Source of the DNA: an uncultured Clostridia bacterium
GTDB taxonomy: Bacteria; Bacillota; Clostridia; TANB77; RGIG9151
Length of the DNA: 32,000 nt
Assembly (NCBI GenBank): GCA_934500865.1
Contig: CAKSUD010000007.1
Location: 6,312-38,311 of the forward strand
Reading direction: 5' to 3'
The translations under genes and the position numbers were made by a program. The notes under the pieces are model-generated. The model worked only from the letters and a program-made list of their open reading frames with translations. It did no database searches and was not told the DNA's origin. Position 1 is the first letter of the stretch; every line of letters begins with the position of its first letter. This document shows positions 1 through 9,337 of the stretch, piece after piece.

Positions 1-160
1 AAAAGAAGAGGTTTTATATGTAGGTGACAGCATATATGATATGAAATGTGCTATGAATGCAAATGTAGACTTTGCTTTGGCAGGGTGGGGAGCAAAGAAT
101 AGAGTAGATGCACCAGTTATATGTAATACTCCGCTTGACATTGTAAATAAGTTAATATGA
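1..160 (+). CDS. HAD-superfamily hydrolase, C-terminal fragment (5' end lies outside the window)
   Basis: Frame 2 reads KEEVLYVGDSIYDMKCAMNANVDFALAGWGAKNRVDAPVICNTPLDIVNKLI and ends at TGA 158-160. VGDSxxD matches HAD motif IV (phosphoglycolate-phosphatase-like subfamily). Confidence 0.6.
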   Translation, partial: KEEVLYVGDSIYDMKCAMNANVDFALAGWGAKNRVDAPVICNTPLDIVNKLI

Positions 161-191
161 TAAAAATTGTTTGATAATATTTAATATGTAT

Positions 192-233
192 CCTCTTTAC
201 TAAGCATTTTGGTAAAGAGGTGCTTTTTATTTT
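192..233 (+). terminator. Rho-independent terminator after the HAD gene
   Basis: Stem CCTCTTTAC (192-200) pairs with GTAAAGAGG (212-220) around an 11-nt loop, followed by TGCTTTTTATTTT. Confidence 0.7.
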
Positions 234-287
234 GAAAAGATTATTTAATATTGGAAATATAATGTTTTTCTTGGCATGAATTAGTTC

Positions 288-316
288 TTGCGATAGAAAA
301 AGTTTTGTGTTAATAT
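288..316 (+). promoter_or_regulatory. Candidate sigma-A promoter for the activase-fusion gene
   Basis: TTGCGA (288-293), 17-nt spacer, TAATAT (311-316), preceded by a TGT extended -10. It lies ~40 nt upstream of the ATG at 356. Confidence 0.4.
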
Positions 317-355
317 AAGACTGATAAAAATTATGTCGAAAAATGAGGTAAGATA

Positions 356-3300
356 ATGGATAAATTGTTACACATAGGTATGGACATTGGTTCTACTACC
401 TTAAAAATAGTTTGTTTAGATGAAAACGAAAATATAATATTTTCTTCGTATGAAAGGCATTTCTCAGATACAAAAAATACTGTACACAATGCTCTAAATA
501 AGTTGCTTACCGAATATGGGGATTTTAACTATACAATAACCCTTACCGGTTCAGGTGCAATGTTTATTTCTAAAGCTTTAAAATTACCATTTATACAAGA
601 GGTAATTTCTTGTAAACGTGTGGTAGAAAAAGATATGCCAACTACTGATGTAGTAATAGAGCTTGGCGGGGAAGATGCTAAGATAATTTACTTTGATAAA
701 TCAATAGAGCAAAGAATGAATGGAACATGTGCCGGTGGAACAGGTGCATTTTTAGACCAAATGGCTTTGTTACTAAACACAGATACAATCGGACTAAATG
801 AACTTGCTAAGAATTATAAACTGATTTACCCAATAGCTTCAAGATGCGGAGTTTTTGCGAAATCAGATGTACAGCCGTTGTTAAACGAGGGGGCAGCTAA
901 AGAAGACATTGCTGTATCTATTTTCCAAGCGGTTGTAAACCAAACTATAAGCGGATTAGCGTGTGGCAGACCTATTAGAGGAAACATTGCATTTTTGGGT
1001 GGGCCACTTAACTATTTATCTGAACTTAAAAAGAGGTTTATAGAAACATTAAATCTGAAGGATGAAAATGTAATTTCACCGGAGAATGCACATTTGCTTG
1101 TTGCAAAGGGAGCTGCACTTGACTCTATTAATCATCAGCCAATTACTCCTGAAATATTACGCAACAGATTAAGTATGCTAAGCAACATTCAAGATGATAT
1201 GACTGAACCATTAAAACCATTATTTGAAAATGAAAAAGAGTATGGGGAGTTTTTAGCACGTCATAAGAAAAACGAAGTGGCAAAGGCTAATTTAAAAGAA
1301 TACAAAGGTAATTGTTTTTTAGGAATTGATGCAGGTTCAACAACAAGTAAACTTGTATTAACAGATGACAAAGGCAGACTACTTTATTCGGCATATAAAG
1401 GAAATGAAGGCAAACCACTACAAAGTGTTATTGAGATGATAAAGGAAGTATATAAAATTCTTCCACAAAAAGTTAATATTAAAAGATGTGGAGTAACCGG
1501 TTACGGTGAACAATTAATAAAAGCTGCGTTAAATGTAGAAGAGAACGAAATAGAAACGATTGCACACTATACAGCTGCAAGTCGTTTTATGCCTAAAGTT
1601 GACAGTATTGTTGATATTGGCGGTCAAGATATGAAGTATATAAAAATAAAGAACGGAACAATTAACAATATAATGTTAAACGAAGCATGTTCATCAGGAT
1701 GTGGTTCTTTCTTAGAAACATTTGCAAAGAGCTTAAATCTTACTATGGATAAGTTTGTTGAGGAAGCTCTAAAGTCAAAGAGACCGGTTGATTTAGGTTC
1801 TCGTTGTACTGTTTTTATGAATTCTAAGATCAAACAAGCTCAAAAAGAGGGATATACTGTTGGAGATATTTCTGCAGGGCTTTCTTATTCAGTTATAAAA
1901 AATGCTATTCAAAAGGTAATGAAGATAAGAGACATTAGTACACTAGGAGAAAATATTGTTGTACAAGGTGGTACTTTCTATAATGATGCAGTTTTAAGAG
2001 CATTTGAAATTATAACAGGAAAAAATGTAATAAGACCGGATATTGCCGGGCTTATGGGAGCATATGGTATGGCTCTTATAGCTAAAGAGAATTATGAGAA
2101 GTCAAAAAATAAGAATGTAAAAACAACTCTTCTTAGTGTTGGCGAGTTAGAAAGCTTAGAAATAAAAGTTGACTTTACGAGATGCAAAGGTTGTGAAAAC
2201 AACTGTATGCTTACAATAAATAAATTCTCAAATGGCGAGAGATTTATTTCAGGTAACAGATGTGAACGTGGAAGCGGAAAAGGCACATCTAAAAATGATT
2301 TGCCTAATTTATATAAATATAAGAATGAAAGAATTTTTGGATATACTCCGCTTGATGAAAGCGAAGCTAAAAGAGGGGTTATAGGAATCCCTAGGGTTCT
2401 AAATATGTATGAAGATTATCCTTTCTGGTTTACTTTCCTTACAAATTTAGGATTTAGAGTTATTCTTTCTGAGAAGAGTAGCAGAAAAACTTATGAAAAA
2501 GGTATGGAATCTATGCCATCCGAGTCAGTATGCTATCCTGCTAAACTTACACATGGTCATGTTATGAGTTTAATTAATGCTGGAATAAAAACTATATTCT
2601 ATCCTTGTATTCCATATTCAAGAAAAGAATTTGAAAAGGCAGATAATAAGTATAATTGTCCTATCGTTATTTCTTATCCGGAAGTTTTGAAGAATAACGT
2701 GGAGGAGCTTAAAGATATTAAGTTTATAAATTCCTTCCTTCCTTTCGATGTAAAGAATTTAGTTAGTGTAATTATGGAATTGCCGGAATTTGCTGAATAT
2801 AAATTTACTAAGAAAGAATTAACCAAGGCTGCTAAACTTGCTGAGGCAGAATATCAAAAGTGTAAGACTGATATAAGGAAAAAAGGAAGAGAAGCCTTAA
2901 GTTATATGAAGAAGAACAAGGTTCGCGGAATTGTTTTAGCGGGTAGACCTTATCATATAGACCCTGAAATTAACCATGGTATAGATACACTAATTACCGG
3001 ATTAAATTTATGTGTCTTATCTGAAGATTCTATTTCTGATTTGGCAGAAGTAAAGAGACCAATAAGAGTAGTAGACCAATGGGTATATCATGCAAGACTT
3101 TATGCGGCAGCTAATTTTGTTGGAAAAACTGACGGACTTGAACTTGTTCAATTAAATTCTTTTGGATGTGGTGTAGATGCAGTAACAACAGACCAAGTAG
3201 AAGAAATATTGTCAAGTTACGGAAAGTTATATACCTTAATAAAAATTGATGAGGTAAATAACTTAGGTGCAGTTAGAATAAGAATTCGTTCACTTCTTGC

Positions 3301-4642
3301 AAGTATGAATAAGCGTAAGGGATTACCATGCAGTAAAGAAAATGTAGGTAATTATGAGATAGATAAAAAGATATTTACAGAAGAAATGAGAAAGAACTAT
3401 ACAATTCTAGTTCCACAAATGGCTCCTATTCATTTCGCACTTTTAGAGGGCGTATTAAAGTCAGAAGGCTATAATGCAAAGCTATTAAAAAATTGTACAA
3501 TGAAAACTGTTGAGACAGGACTTAAATATGTTAATAATGATGCTTGTTATCCTTCTATTTTAACAACCGGTCAAATGATAGAAGCACTTGATTCCGGAGA
3601 ATATGATTTGGATAAAACTGCTCTTATAATGTCACAAACTGGTGGCGGGTGTCGTGCAACAAACTATATAGGATTTATCAGAAAAGCGTTAAAAGATGCC
3701 GGTTACAGCAATATTCCGGTAATATCATTTAATATAGTTGGAATGGAAAAGAACCCCGGATTTAAGATTACTTTTAGTATGGTAAGTAAATTACTAAGAG
3801 CTGTAATATATGCTGATTTACTTCAAAAGATGTTAATGAAGAATAGGGCGTATGAGGTAAATAAGGGAGAGACACAAGCATTATTTGAAAAGTGGATGGA
3901 AAAGTCTAAGAAACTTTTGACAAAATCAAGTATAAAACAATATAAACAAGGAATTGTTGATATGGTGGCTGATTTTGAAAAGATAAAGCTTGATACTTCA
4001 GTGGTTAAACCTAAGGTTGGAATTGTTGGCGAAGTTTTAATTAAGTATCATCCTTTTGGAAATAACAATGTTGCCGAGAAGCTTGAAGAGGATGGTGCAG
4101 AAGTAGTAATGCCGGACTTTATGGGATTTGTTAAGTTCATTGCAACTCACAAGATAACCTTTAACAAGTTATTAAATACAGATAAAACTAAGGCAAAGAT
4201 ATTTAAATATGCAATTAAGTTAATAGACAAGATAGAAGAAACAGCGAGGGTAGAACTTAGTAAGTCTAAAAAAGATTATTTGCCAACATGCAATATATGG
4301 GAACTAGAGGAGAAGGTAAAAGATATTTTATCTATTGGAAATCAGACTGGTGAAGGATGGTTCTTAACGGCTGAAATGATAGAGTATATAGAACACGGAA
4401 TACCTAATATAGTATGTGTTCAGCCGTTTGCGTGTCTACCTAACCATATTGTTGGAAAGGGAGTTATAAAGACTATAAGAAGTAAATTCCCTGAGGCAAA
4501 TATTGTGCCAATTGACTATGACCCGGGAGCGAGTGAGACTAACCAAACAAACAGAATAAAGCTACTAATGACGGTTGCTAAAGATAAATTAAAGGGGAAA
4601 GAAAAAGTAAAGGAAGAGAAAAAAGAGGAAGTTTTAGTATAG
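356..4642 (+). CDS. Fused acyl-CoA dehydratase activase-related protein: two tandem BcrAD/BadFG (HgdC-type) ATPase domains plus a DUF2229/2-hydroxyacyl-CoA-dehydratase-like C-terminal half
   Basis: 1428-aa ORF with GAGGT RBS at 345-349. Residues ~4-255 and ~319-578 each carry an acetate/sugar-kinase-fold phosphate motif (DIGSTT, DAGSTT). Each also has a Cys pair at the positions of the HgdC [4Fe-4S] ligands (C125/C164 and C445/C484). A C610-x2-C613-x3-C617...C636 motif follows. The C-terminal ~750 aa resembles the dehydratase-component/DUF2229 family. Confidence 0.85.
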   Translation: MDKLLHIGMDIGSTTLKIVCLDENENIIFSSYERHFSDTKNTVHNALNKLLTEYGDFNYTITLTGSGAMFISKALKLPFIQEVISCKRVVEKDMPTTDVVIELGGEDAKIIYFDKSIEQRMNGTCAGGTGAFLDQMALLLNTDTIGLNELAKNYKLIYPIASRCGVFAKSDVQPLLNEGAAKEDIAVSIFQAVVNQTISGLACGRPIRGNIAFLGGPLNYLSELKKRFIETLNLKDENVISPENAHLLVAKGAALDSINHQPITPEILRNRLSMLSNIQDDMTEPLKPLFENEKEYGEFLARHKKNEVAKANLKEYKGNCFLGIDAGSTTSKLVLTDDKGRLLYSAYKGNEGKPLQSVIEMIKEVYKILPQKVNIKRCGVTGYGEQLIKAALNVEENEIETIAHYTAASRFMPKVDSIVDIGGQDMKYIKIKNGTINNIMLNEACSSGCGSFLETFAKSLNLTMDKFVEEALKSKRPVDLGSRCTVFMNSKIKQAQKEGYTVGDISAGLSYSVIKNAIQKVMKIRDISTLGENIVVQGGTFYNDAVLRAFEIITGKNVIRPDIAGLMGAYGMALIAKENYEKSKNKNVKTTLLSVGELESLEIKVDFTRCKGCENNCMLTINKFSNGERFISGNRCERGSGKGTSKNDLPNLYKYKNERIFGYTPLDESEAKRGVIGIPRVLNMYEDYPFWFTFLTNLGFRVILSEKSSRKTYEKGMESMPSESVCYPAKLTHGHVMSLINAGIKTIFYPCIPYSRKEFEKADNKYNCPIVISYPEVLKNNVEELKDIKFINSFLPFDVKNLVSVIMELPEFAEYKFTKKELTKAAKLAEAEYQKCKTDIRKKGREALSYMKKNKVRGIVLAGRPYHIDPEINHGIDTLITGLNLCVLSEDSISDLAEVKRPIRVVDQWVYHARLYAAANFVGKTDGLELVQLNSFGCGVDAVTTDQVEEILSSYGKLYTLIKIDEVNNLGAVRIRIRSLLASMNKRKGLPCSKENVGNYEIDKKIFTEEMRKNYTILVPQMAPIHFALLEGVLKSEGYNAKLLKNCTMKTVETGLKYVNNDACYPSILTTGQMIEALDSGEYDLDKTALIMSQTGGGCRATNYIGFIRKALKDAGYSNIPVISFNIVGMEKNPGFKITFSMVSKLLRAVIYADLLQKMLMKNRAYEVNKGETQALFEKWMEKSKKLLTKSSIKQYKQGIVDMVADFEKIKLDTSVVKPKVGIVGEVLIKYHPFGNNNVAEKLEEDGAEVVMPDFMGFVKFIATHKITFNKLLNTDKTKAKIFKYAIKLIDKIEETARVELSKSKKDYLPTCNIWELEEKVKDILSIGNQTGEGWFLTAEMIEYIEHGIPNIVCVQPFACLPNHIVGKGVIKTIRSKFPEANIVPIDYDPGASETNQTNRIKLLMTVAKDKLKGKEKVKEEKKEEVLV

Positions 4643-4657
4643 TTAGATTTTTATGTA

Positions 4658-4742
4658 GGAGCTGTAAAAAACTCAAAAATCAATACAAACAGTGTGCTGT
4701 TTTATAATGATGAAAAACGAGTTTTTTATAGCCCCTTTTTTT
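4658..4742 (+). terminator. Structured terminator-like element after the activase-fusion gene
   Basis: Arm GGAGCTGTAAAAAACTC (4658-4674) pairs with GAGTTTTTTATAGCCCC (4719-4735), with one wobble and one mismatch. The loop contains an inner AAACAG/CTGTTT hairpin. A T7 run (4736-4742) follows immediately. Confidence 0.5.
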
Positions 4743-4745
4743 AGA

Positions 4746-4774
4746 TTTACAAATGTTCAAAAATAGTGTAAAAT
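4746..4774 (+). promoter_or_regulatory. Candidate sigma-A promoter for prfB
   Basis: TTTACA (4746-4751), 17-nt spacer, TAAAAT (4769-4774), ~30 nt upstream of the prfB ATG. Confidence 0.45.
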
Positions 4775-4804
4775 TGCAATATATAGTTGATTGGGAGTGA
4801 GAAA

Positions 4805-5909
4805 ATGATAGAGTTTGAAGAATACAAAATTCAGTTGGAGGAGCTAAAGAAATCTATTAAAGAATTGGGTGTTTCTCTTTGACATCGCTCAAAAAGAGAA
4901 AAATATAGAAGAGCTTGAAGGGGAGATTTCTAAAGATGGTTTTTGGGATGATTTAGAGAATTCTCAAAAGGTACTTCAAAAGAGTAAGAATTTGAAATCT
5001 TCTGTTGAGAAATATAATAAATTGGTATCTGATGAAGAAGATTTAGAAACATTAAACGAACTTGCTATTGAAGAAGATGATGCTAGTTTGGTTGAAGAAA
5101 TAGGCAAGGGAATTTATAAGTTAAATAAAACTACTGAGAAGATGAGACTTGAGGCTTTACTTAGTGGACCGTATGATAAAAATAATGCTATTTTGACTTT
5201 GCATTCTGGAGCGGGTGGAACAGAAGCTCAGGATTGGGTTGAAATGCTTTACAGAATGTATCTTAGATGGGCAGAGCAAAACGGATACAAAGCTCGTGAA
5301 TTAGATTGCCTTCCGGGAGATGACGCCGGAATTAAGAGTGTAACCTTTATTGTAGAGGGAGAAAATGCTTATGGATATTTGGCTTGTGAGAAAGGTGTAC
5401 ATAGATTAGTAAGAATTTCTCCATTTGACTCTAATGCCAGACGACATACTTCTTTTGCGTCTCTAGATGTTATGCCTGAAATTTCTGATGATATGAACAT
5501 TGACATCAATCCAGCAGATTTAAGGGTGGATACATATCGTGCAAGTGGTGCTGGTGGTCAGCATATTAACAAGACTGAATCTGCGGTAAGAATAACTCAT
5601 ATACCTACCGGTGTTGTTGTGTCTTGCCAAACAGAACGTTCTCAGATTCAAAACAGAGAAACTGCAATGAAGATGTTAAAGTCTAAATTGTTTGCTATTA
5701 AGGAACGTGAGCATTTGGATAAAATTGAAGCTATAAAGGGGGATATGAAGGAAATTGCTTGGGGAAGCCAAATTCGTTCATACGTTTTTCATCCGTACAG
5801 TATGGTTAAAGACCATAGAACAGATTATGAGGTCGGAAATGTTCAGGCTGTTATGGATGGAGAGATTGATGGTTTTATTAATGCATATTTAAATTCAAAG
5901 GTAAAATAG
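4805..5909 (+). CDS. prfB: Peptide chain release factor 2, expressed through a programmed +1 ribosomal frameshift
   Basis: Frame 0 runs ATG 4805 ... [25 protein letters not shown] and stops at TGA 4880-4882. The +1 frame continues from GAC 4881 as [14 protein letters not shown]... to TAG 5907-5909. RF2 hallmarks are present: SPF (RISPFDS) and GGQ ([11 protein letters not shown]). The ORF-track entry 4869..5909 covers only the downstream frame. Confidence 0.95.
4867..4883 (+). promoter_or_regulatory. prfB autoregulatory +1 frameshift site (CTT TGA C) with a weak internal SD-like GGGTG
   Basis: CTT TGA C at 4877-4883 is the canonical RF2 shift heptamer. GGGTG at 4867-4871 sits 5 nt upstream of CTT. 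Confidence 0.9.
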
Positions 5910-5918
5910 GTGAGAAAT

Positions 5919-6479
5919 ATGAAATTATTGTTACATAGTTGTTGCGGACCATGTTCTACATATCCGCTAAAGGTTTTAAAAGCACAAAACATAGATATAA
6001 CTTCTTTTTGGTTTAATACAAACATCCATCCATATACCGAGTATAAAAGTAGATATGAAAGCTATAAAAAGCTTATGGAAATAGAAAATATTCCAACCAT
6101 AGAAATTGATGAATATGATATTGTTAGATTTACACGAGCAGTCTATGGTAGGGAGCTTGAAAGATGTAGATATTGTTATGAAAGCCGTATGGAAGTTGTG
6201 GCTAAAACGGCTAAGGAGAAGGGATTTGATGCTTTTACTACTACTCTTTTGGTTAGTCCTTACCAAAAGCATGAGATGCTAAAAGAAGTGTGTATCGAAA
6301 TGTCAAAAAAGTATGATATAAATTTTCTTTATGTGGATTTTAGACCCGGATTTAGAGAAGGGCAACAAATCGCAAGAGATATGGGACTATATATGCAAAA
6401 GTATTGTGGATGTATTTATTCGGAAGAAGATAGGTATAGTAAACAAATAAAATGTCTGCAGAAAAATATGTTAATATAA
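5919..6479 (+). CDS. queH: Epoxyqueuosine reductase QueH (DUF208)
   Basis: MKLLLHSCCGPCSTYP..., RCRYCYESRM and YMQKYCGCIYSEE match the conserved Cys motifs of the QueH/DUF208 family. The ATG at 5919 has an AGGTGAG RBS at 5908-5914. The track's GTG at 5910 directly abuts the prfB stop and is the less likely start. Confidence 0.85.
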   Translation: MKLLLHSCCGPCSTYPLKVLKAQNIDITSFWFNTNIHPYTEYKSRYESYKKLMEIENIPTIEIDEYDIVRFTRAVYGRELERCRYCYESRMEVVAKTAKEKGFDAFTTTLLVSPYQKHEMLKEVCIEMSKKYDINFLYVDFRPGFREGQQIARDMGLYMQKYCGCIYSEEDRYSKQIKCLQKNMLI

Positions 6480-6584
6480 AAAATAAACACTGCGTAAGCT
6501 GAGAGATGCAAAAAATTAAAGCAGGATAAATGTAAATATTTAATTATTTGTTACGATATTTAAATTGGAGGAGCTGAAAAAATT

Positions 6585-8363
6585 ATGAAGAAATTCGGTA
6601 TAGTTTTAGCTATATGTGTAGTTATTGTATTAGGAGTACTGTGCTTTTTAATAATAAATAGTGAAGAGCCGTATTTAAATACAAATAAAGTAATTAATAA
6701 TGGAGAAAGTCCGTCACCCAGTCAATCATCTGATTTAGATGTCATAAATAGTAGTAGTCCGTCTCCGACATCTACCAATGATAATACAGAAGGAAATGAA
6801 GATAAGAAAGACGAAAATAAACAAGATGAAAATATAAATAAAAAGGTTATAGCTAAAGATGAGTTAGGAAAAGATGTTACAGGCACTGAGTATGAGGATG
6901 GTACATATGTTGTAAGCGGTGCAGGAGATATGTACAACTTTAATTTAGTTAATGGAGAAGTATGCTTTAATAAAGGAAAAGAACAAATAGTACGTAGAGA
7001 TTTAAGTAATGTAAAAAAAATAGTTATATCTAACGGGGTTAAAACTATTGGAAATAGAAGTTTTTATGATGCAACAAGTATGACAGAAATTGAAATATCC
7101 GATACGGTTACGAAAATTGGAGATTATGCTTTTATGAATTGTATAAAGGTTAAAAATGTTACTGTACCTAAGGGTGTTACTGAAATTGGCAGGGAAGTTT
7201 TTAAAAATTGTACAAGTTTATCCGGAGTTACAGTTGCGTCTGATGTGAAAAAGATTGGAGCATATGCCTTTGAAGATTGTAGCAATGTAACAAGTGTTAT
7301 ATTTTTTGAAGGATTAAAAAACATAGGAGAGTATGCGTTTAAAAACTGTTCATCATTAATGAATATTTACATTCCAAGCAGTGTAGATAATATAGGGAAA
7401 AATGCATTTAGTGGATGCACCAGTTTAGGGGAAATTGATGTGGATGAAAACAATAGTACATATTCTTCGGATAATGGCAGTTTATATAACAAAAATAAAA
7501 GTTTAATTATAAAAGTACCACAGAAATATAGCGGAGATTTTGTAATCCCTAGCACAGTTAAAAATATTGAAAGCTATTGCTTCGAATGTTGTAATGACAT
7601 TAGCAGTATAACTGTTCCAAGTGGTGTGACTGTTATTGATGATTATACATTTAGCGAATGCAAGGGAATAAAGAATATTGAATTGCCTGATGGTGTTACT
7701 GAAATTAGGAAGTATGCTTTTAGCAATTGTACTTCCCTTGAAAAGGTTACGTTACCAAGTACATTAACTAAAATCGGCGGGTATGCTTTTTATGAGTGCA
7801 AGGCTCTGACTAAAATAAGAATACCTACTAAAGCCTTAGATATAGGGGAATATGCTTTTAGTGGATGTGTTAGTTTGGCTCAATTGAATTTGCCGAATAA
7901 AATGTCAAAGTTAAATGATTATTTGTTTAGCGGTTGTACAAGCCTAAGGGATATTTCCATTCCTGAAAATGTAGTGGAAATTGGTAAAAATGTATTTAGT
8001 GGTTGTACAAGCTTAGAAAAGATAAATTTTCCGGCAAAGTTAAGAACTGTGGGCGATGCAGCTTTCTTTGGATGTAGTAGTTTATCTGGGTTAGATATTG
8101 AATATGGTGTTGAGAAAATCGGTACACATGTATTTGAAAATTGTACTAAGGTGAGAAGGGTTAATGTGCCTGAAAGTGTAAAGCAGATAGGATACGGAAC
8201 ATTTAATGGTTGTACTAAACTTGAAAGAGTCGTTTTTAAAAATCGTGCTAACACAATAAGTGATGTAAATATTGAGTCATATGGTAATGACTGGCTTAAA
8301 GATTTTAGAGGAGAATTAGTAGGAAACGATTATATATATATGAAATCATATGTGAACCAATAG
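6585..8363 (+). CDS. BspA-type leucine-rich-repeat (LRR_5) cell-surface protein with an N-terminal signal anchor
   Basis: GGAGGAG RBS. N-terminal hydrophobic segment (FGIVLAICVVIVLGVLCFLII), then an S/P-rich and acidic/K-rich linker, then ~16 units of a 23-aa repeat IGxxAFxxCxSLxxIxIPxxVxx. Confidence 0.85.
   Translation: MKKFGIVLAICVVIVLGVLCFLIINSEEPYLNTNKVINNGESPSPSQSSDLDVINSSSPSPTSTNDNTEGNEDKKDENKQDENINKKVIAKDELGKDVTGTEYEDGTYVVSGAGDMYNFNLVNGEVCFNKGKEQIVRRDLSNVKKIVISNGVKTIGNRSFYDATSMTEIEISDTVTKIGDYAFMNCIKVKNVTVPKGVTEIGREVFKNCTSLSGVTVASDVKKIGAYAFEDCSNVTSVIFFEGLKNIGEYAFKNCSSLMNIYIPSSVDNIGKNAFSGCTSLGEIDVDENNSTYSSDNGSLYNKNKSLIIKVPQKYSGDFVIPSTVKNIESYCFECCNDISSITVPSGVTVIDDYTFSECKGIKNIELPDGVTEIRKYAFSNCTSLEKVTLPSTLTKIGGYAFYECKALTKIRIPTKALDIGEYAFSGCVSLAQLNLPNKMSKLNDYLFSGCTSLRDISIPENVVEIGKNVFSGCTSLEKINFPAKLRTVGDAAFFGCSSLSGLDIEYGVEKIGTHVFENCTKVRRVNVPESVKQIGYGTFNGCTKLERVVFKNRANTISDVNIESYGNDWLKDFRGELVGNDYIYMKSYVNQ
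7047..8242 (+). repeat. Tandem ~69-nt (23-codon) coding repeats of the LRR_5 array
   Basis: About 16 consecutive IG(x)YAF..C..L..I.IP..V units, one of them interrupted by a ~35-aa insert. Near-identical DNA stretches recur, for example TTTAGCGGTTGTACAAGCCT and TTTAGTGGTTGTACAAGCTT. Confidence 0.8.
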
Positions 8364-8378
8364 ATAAAAGGAGAAAAT

Positions 8379-9323
8379 ATGGAATTATACATTTTTTATG
8401 GTGAAGAGGACTTTTTAAGAGAGTATAATGCAAACAAAGTTATAGGAGAATGTAATTTGTCAAATCCGTCTATGAATTTTGTAAAGTTAGATGATGAAAC
8501 TATTTCTAAATTGCCGGATAACTGTGAACAAATGCCGTTTTGTGATGAAAAAAAGGTTATACTTGTTAAGAACTCAGGGCTTTTTGCTTCAAGCAAGAAG
8601 GTTTCGCCGTCAGTTTCAGAAAAGGTTGTTGAGTATCTACTTAATTTGCCGGATTATGCCATTGTTGTATTTAATGAAGAAAGTGTAGATAAAAGGCTTT
8701 CGCCATATAAAAAACTTTCTAAGGTTGGAAAGTTTGAGGAGCTTAAATACCGAGGTACAATAGATCTAGCCAATTGGATTTGTAGCGGGATGAAGAAGTG
8801 TAATGCGGTGATAGACATAGAAGATGCAAAGTATTTGGCGGATAGCTGTGGCCCATCAATGAGCTATTTATACAGTGAAATTAAGAAGTTGGCTGTTTTA
8901 AATAATGAAGGCGAAAAGATAACCAAAGATTTAATTAATGAAGTATGTGTAAAAAGTATGCAGGGAATTATATTTGATTTAACTGATGCAATTGGCAATA
9001 AGGACAAGAAAAAATCACTTATTTTGATGAATGAATTAATTTTGAAAAAAGAGGCTGAACAATTTATACTTATTATGCTTTATAAGCACTTTAGAAATTT
9101 GTTTTTGCTTAGAGTTGCGACAGACGAGGGAAGAGCAAGTGCTGATGAGCTTTCTATTAATCCGTATGTATATAGAAAATTACTTGGCCAAGTAAAGAAT
9201 TATGAAAAGAATGAGCTTAGAAATATATTGCGTAAATTGGTTGAATTGGACGTGAAAAGTAAAAAAGGTGAAGTTGACTTAAGAATTGGGTTGGAAGTTC
9301 TTTTAACTGTTTGGGTAAAATGA
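8379..9323 (+). CDS. holA: DNA polymerase III delta subunit
   Basis: 314 aa with AAGGAG RBS. The N-terminus ELYIFYGEEDFL... and the overall length and helical C-terminal half are typical of Firmicute HolA. Confidence 0.8.
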   Translation: MELYIFYGEEDFLREYNANKVIGECNLSNPSMNFVKLDDETISKLPDNCEQMPFCDEKKVILVKNSGLFASSKKVSPSVSEKVVEYLLNLPDYAIVVFNEESVDKRLSPYKKLSKVGKFEELKYRGTIDLANWICSGMKKCNAVIDIEDAKYLADSCGPSMSYLYSEIKKLAVLNNEGEKITKDLINEVCVKSMQGIIFDLTDAIGNKDKKKSLILMNELILKKEAEQFILIMLYKHFRNLFLLRVATDEGRASADELSINPYVYRKLLGQVKNYEKNELRNILRKLVELDVKSKKGEVDLRIGLEVLLTVWVK

Positions 9324-9337
9324 TAGGGAGGTTACTT

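Noticed and set aside
4869-5909. Track ORF starting with GTG at 4869 (MFLFDIAQ...) as an independent prfB start
   Set aside because: The upstream frame-0 leader from ATG 4805 ends in the canonical CTT TGA C shift site. The GTG lies inside that leader, so the real N-terminus comes from the frameshift.
7047-8242. Regularly spaced DNA repeats, considered as a possible CRISPR or other non-coding array
   Set aside because: The periodicity is 69 nt, in frame within one long ORF, and corresponds to 23-aa LRR_5 units. There are no unique spacers of constant length between identical repeats.
8491-8688. 65-aa + strand ORF in an alternative frame inside holA
   Set aside because: It is a basic, low-complexity translation with no RBS, and it is fully nested in a recognisable gene.
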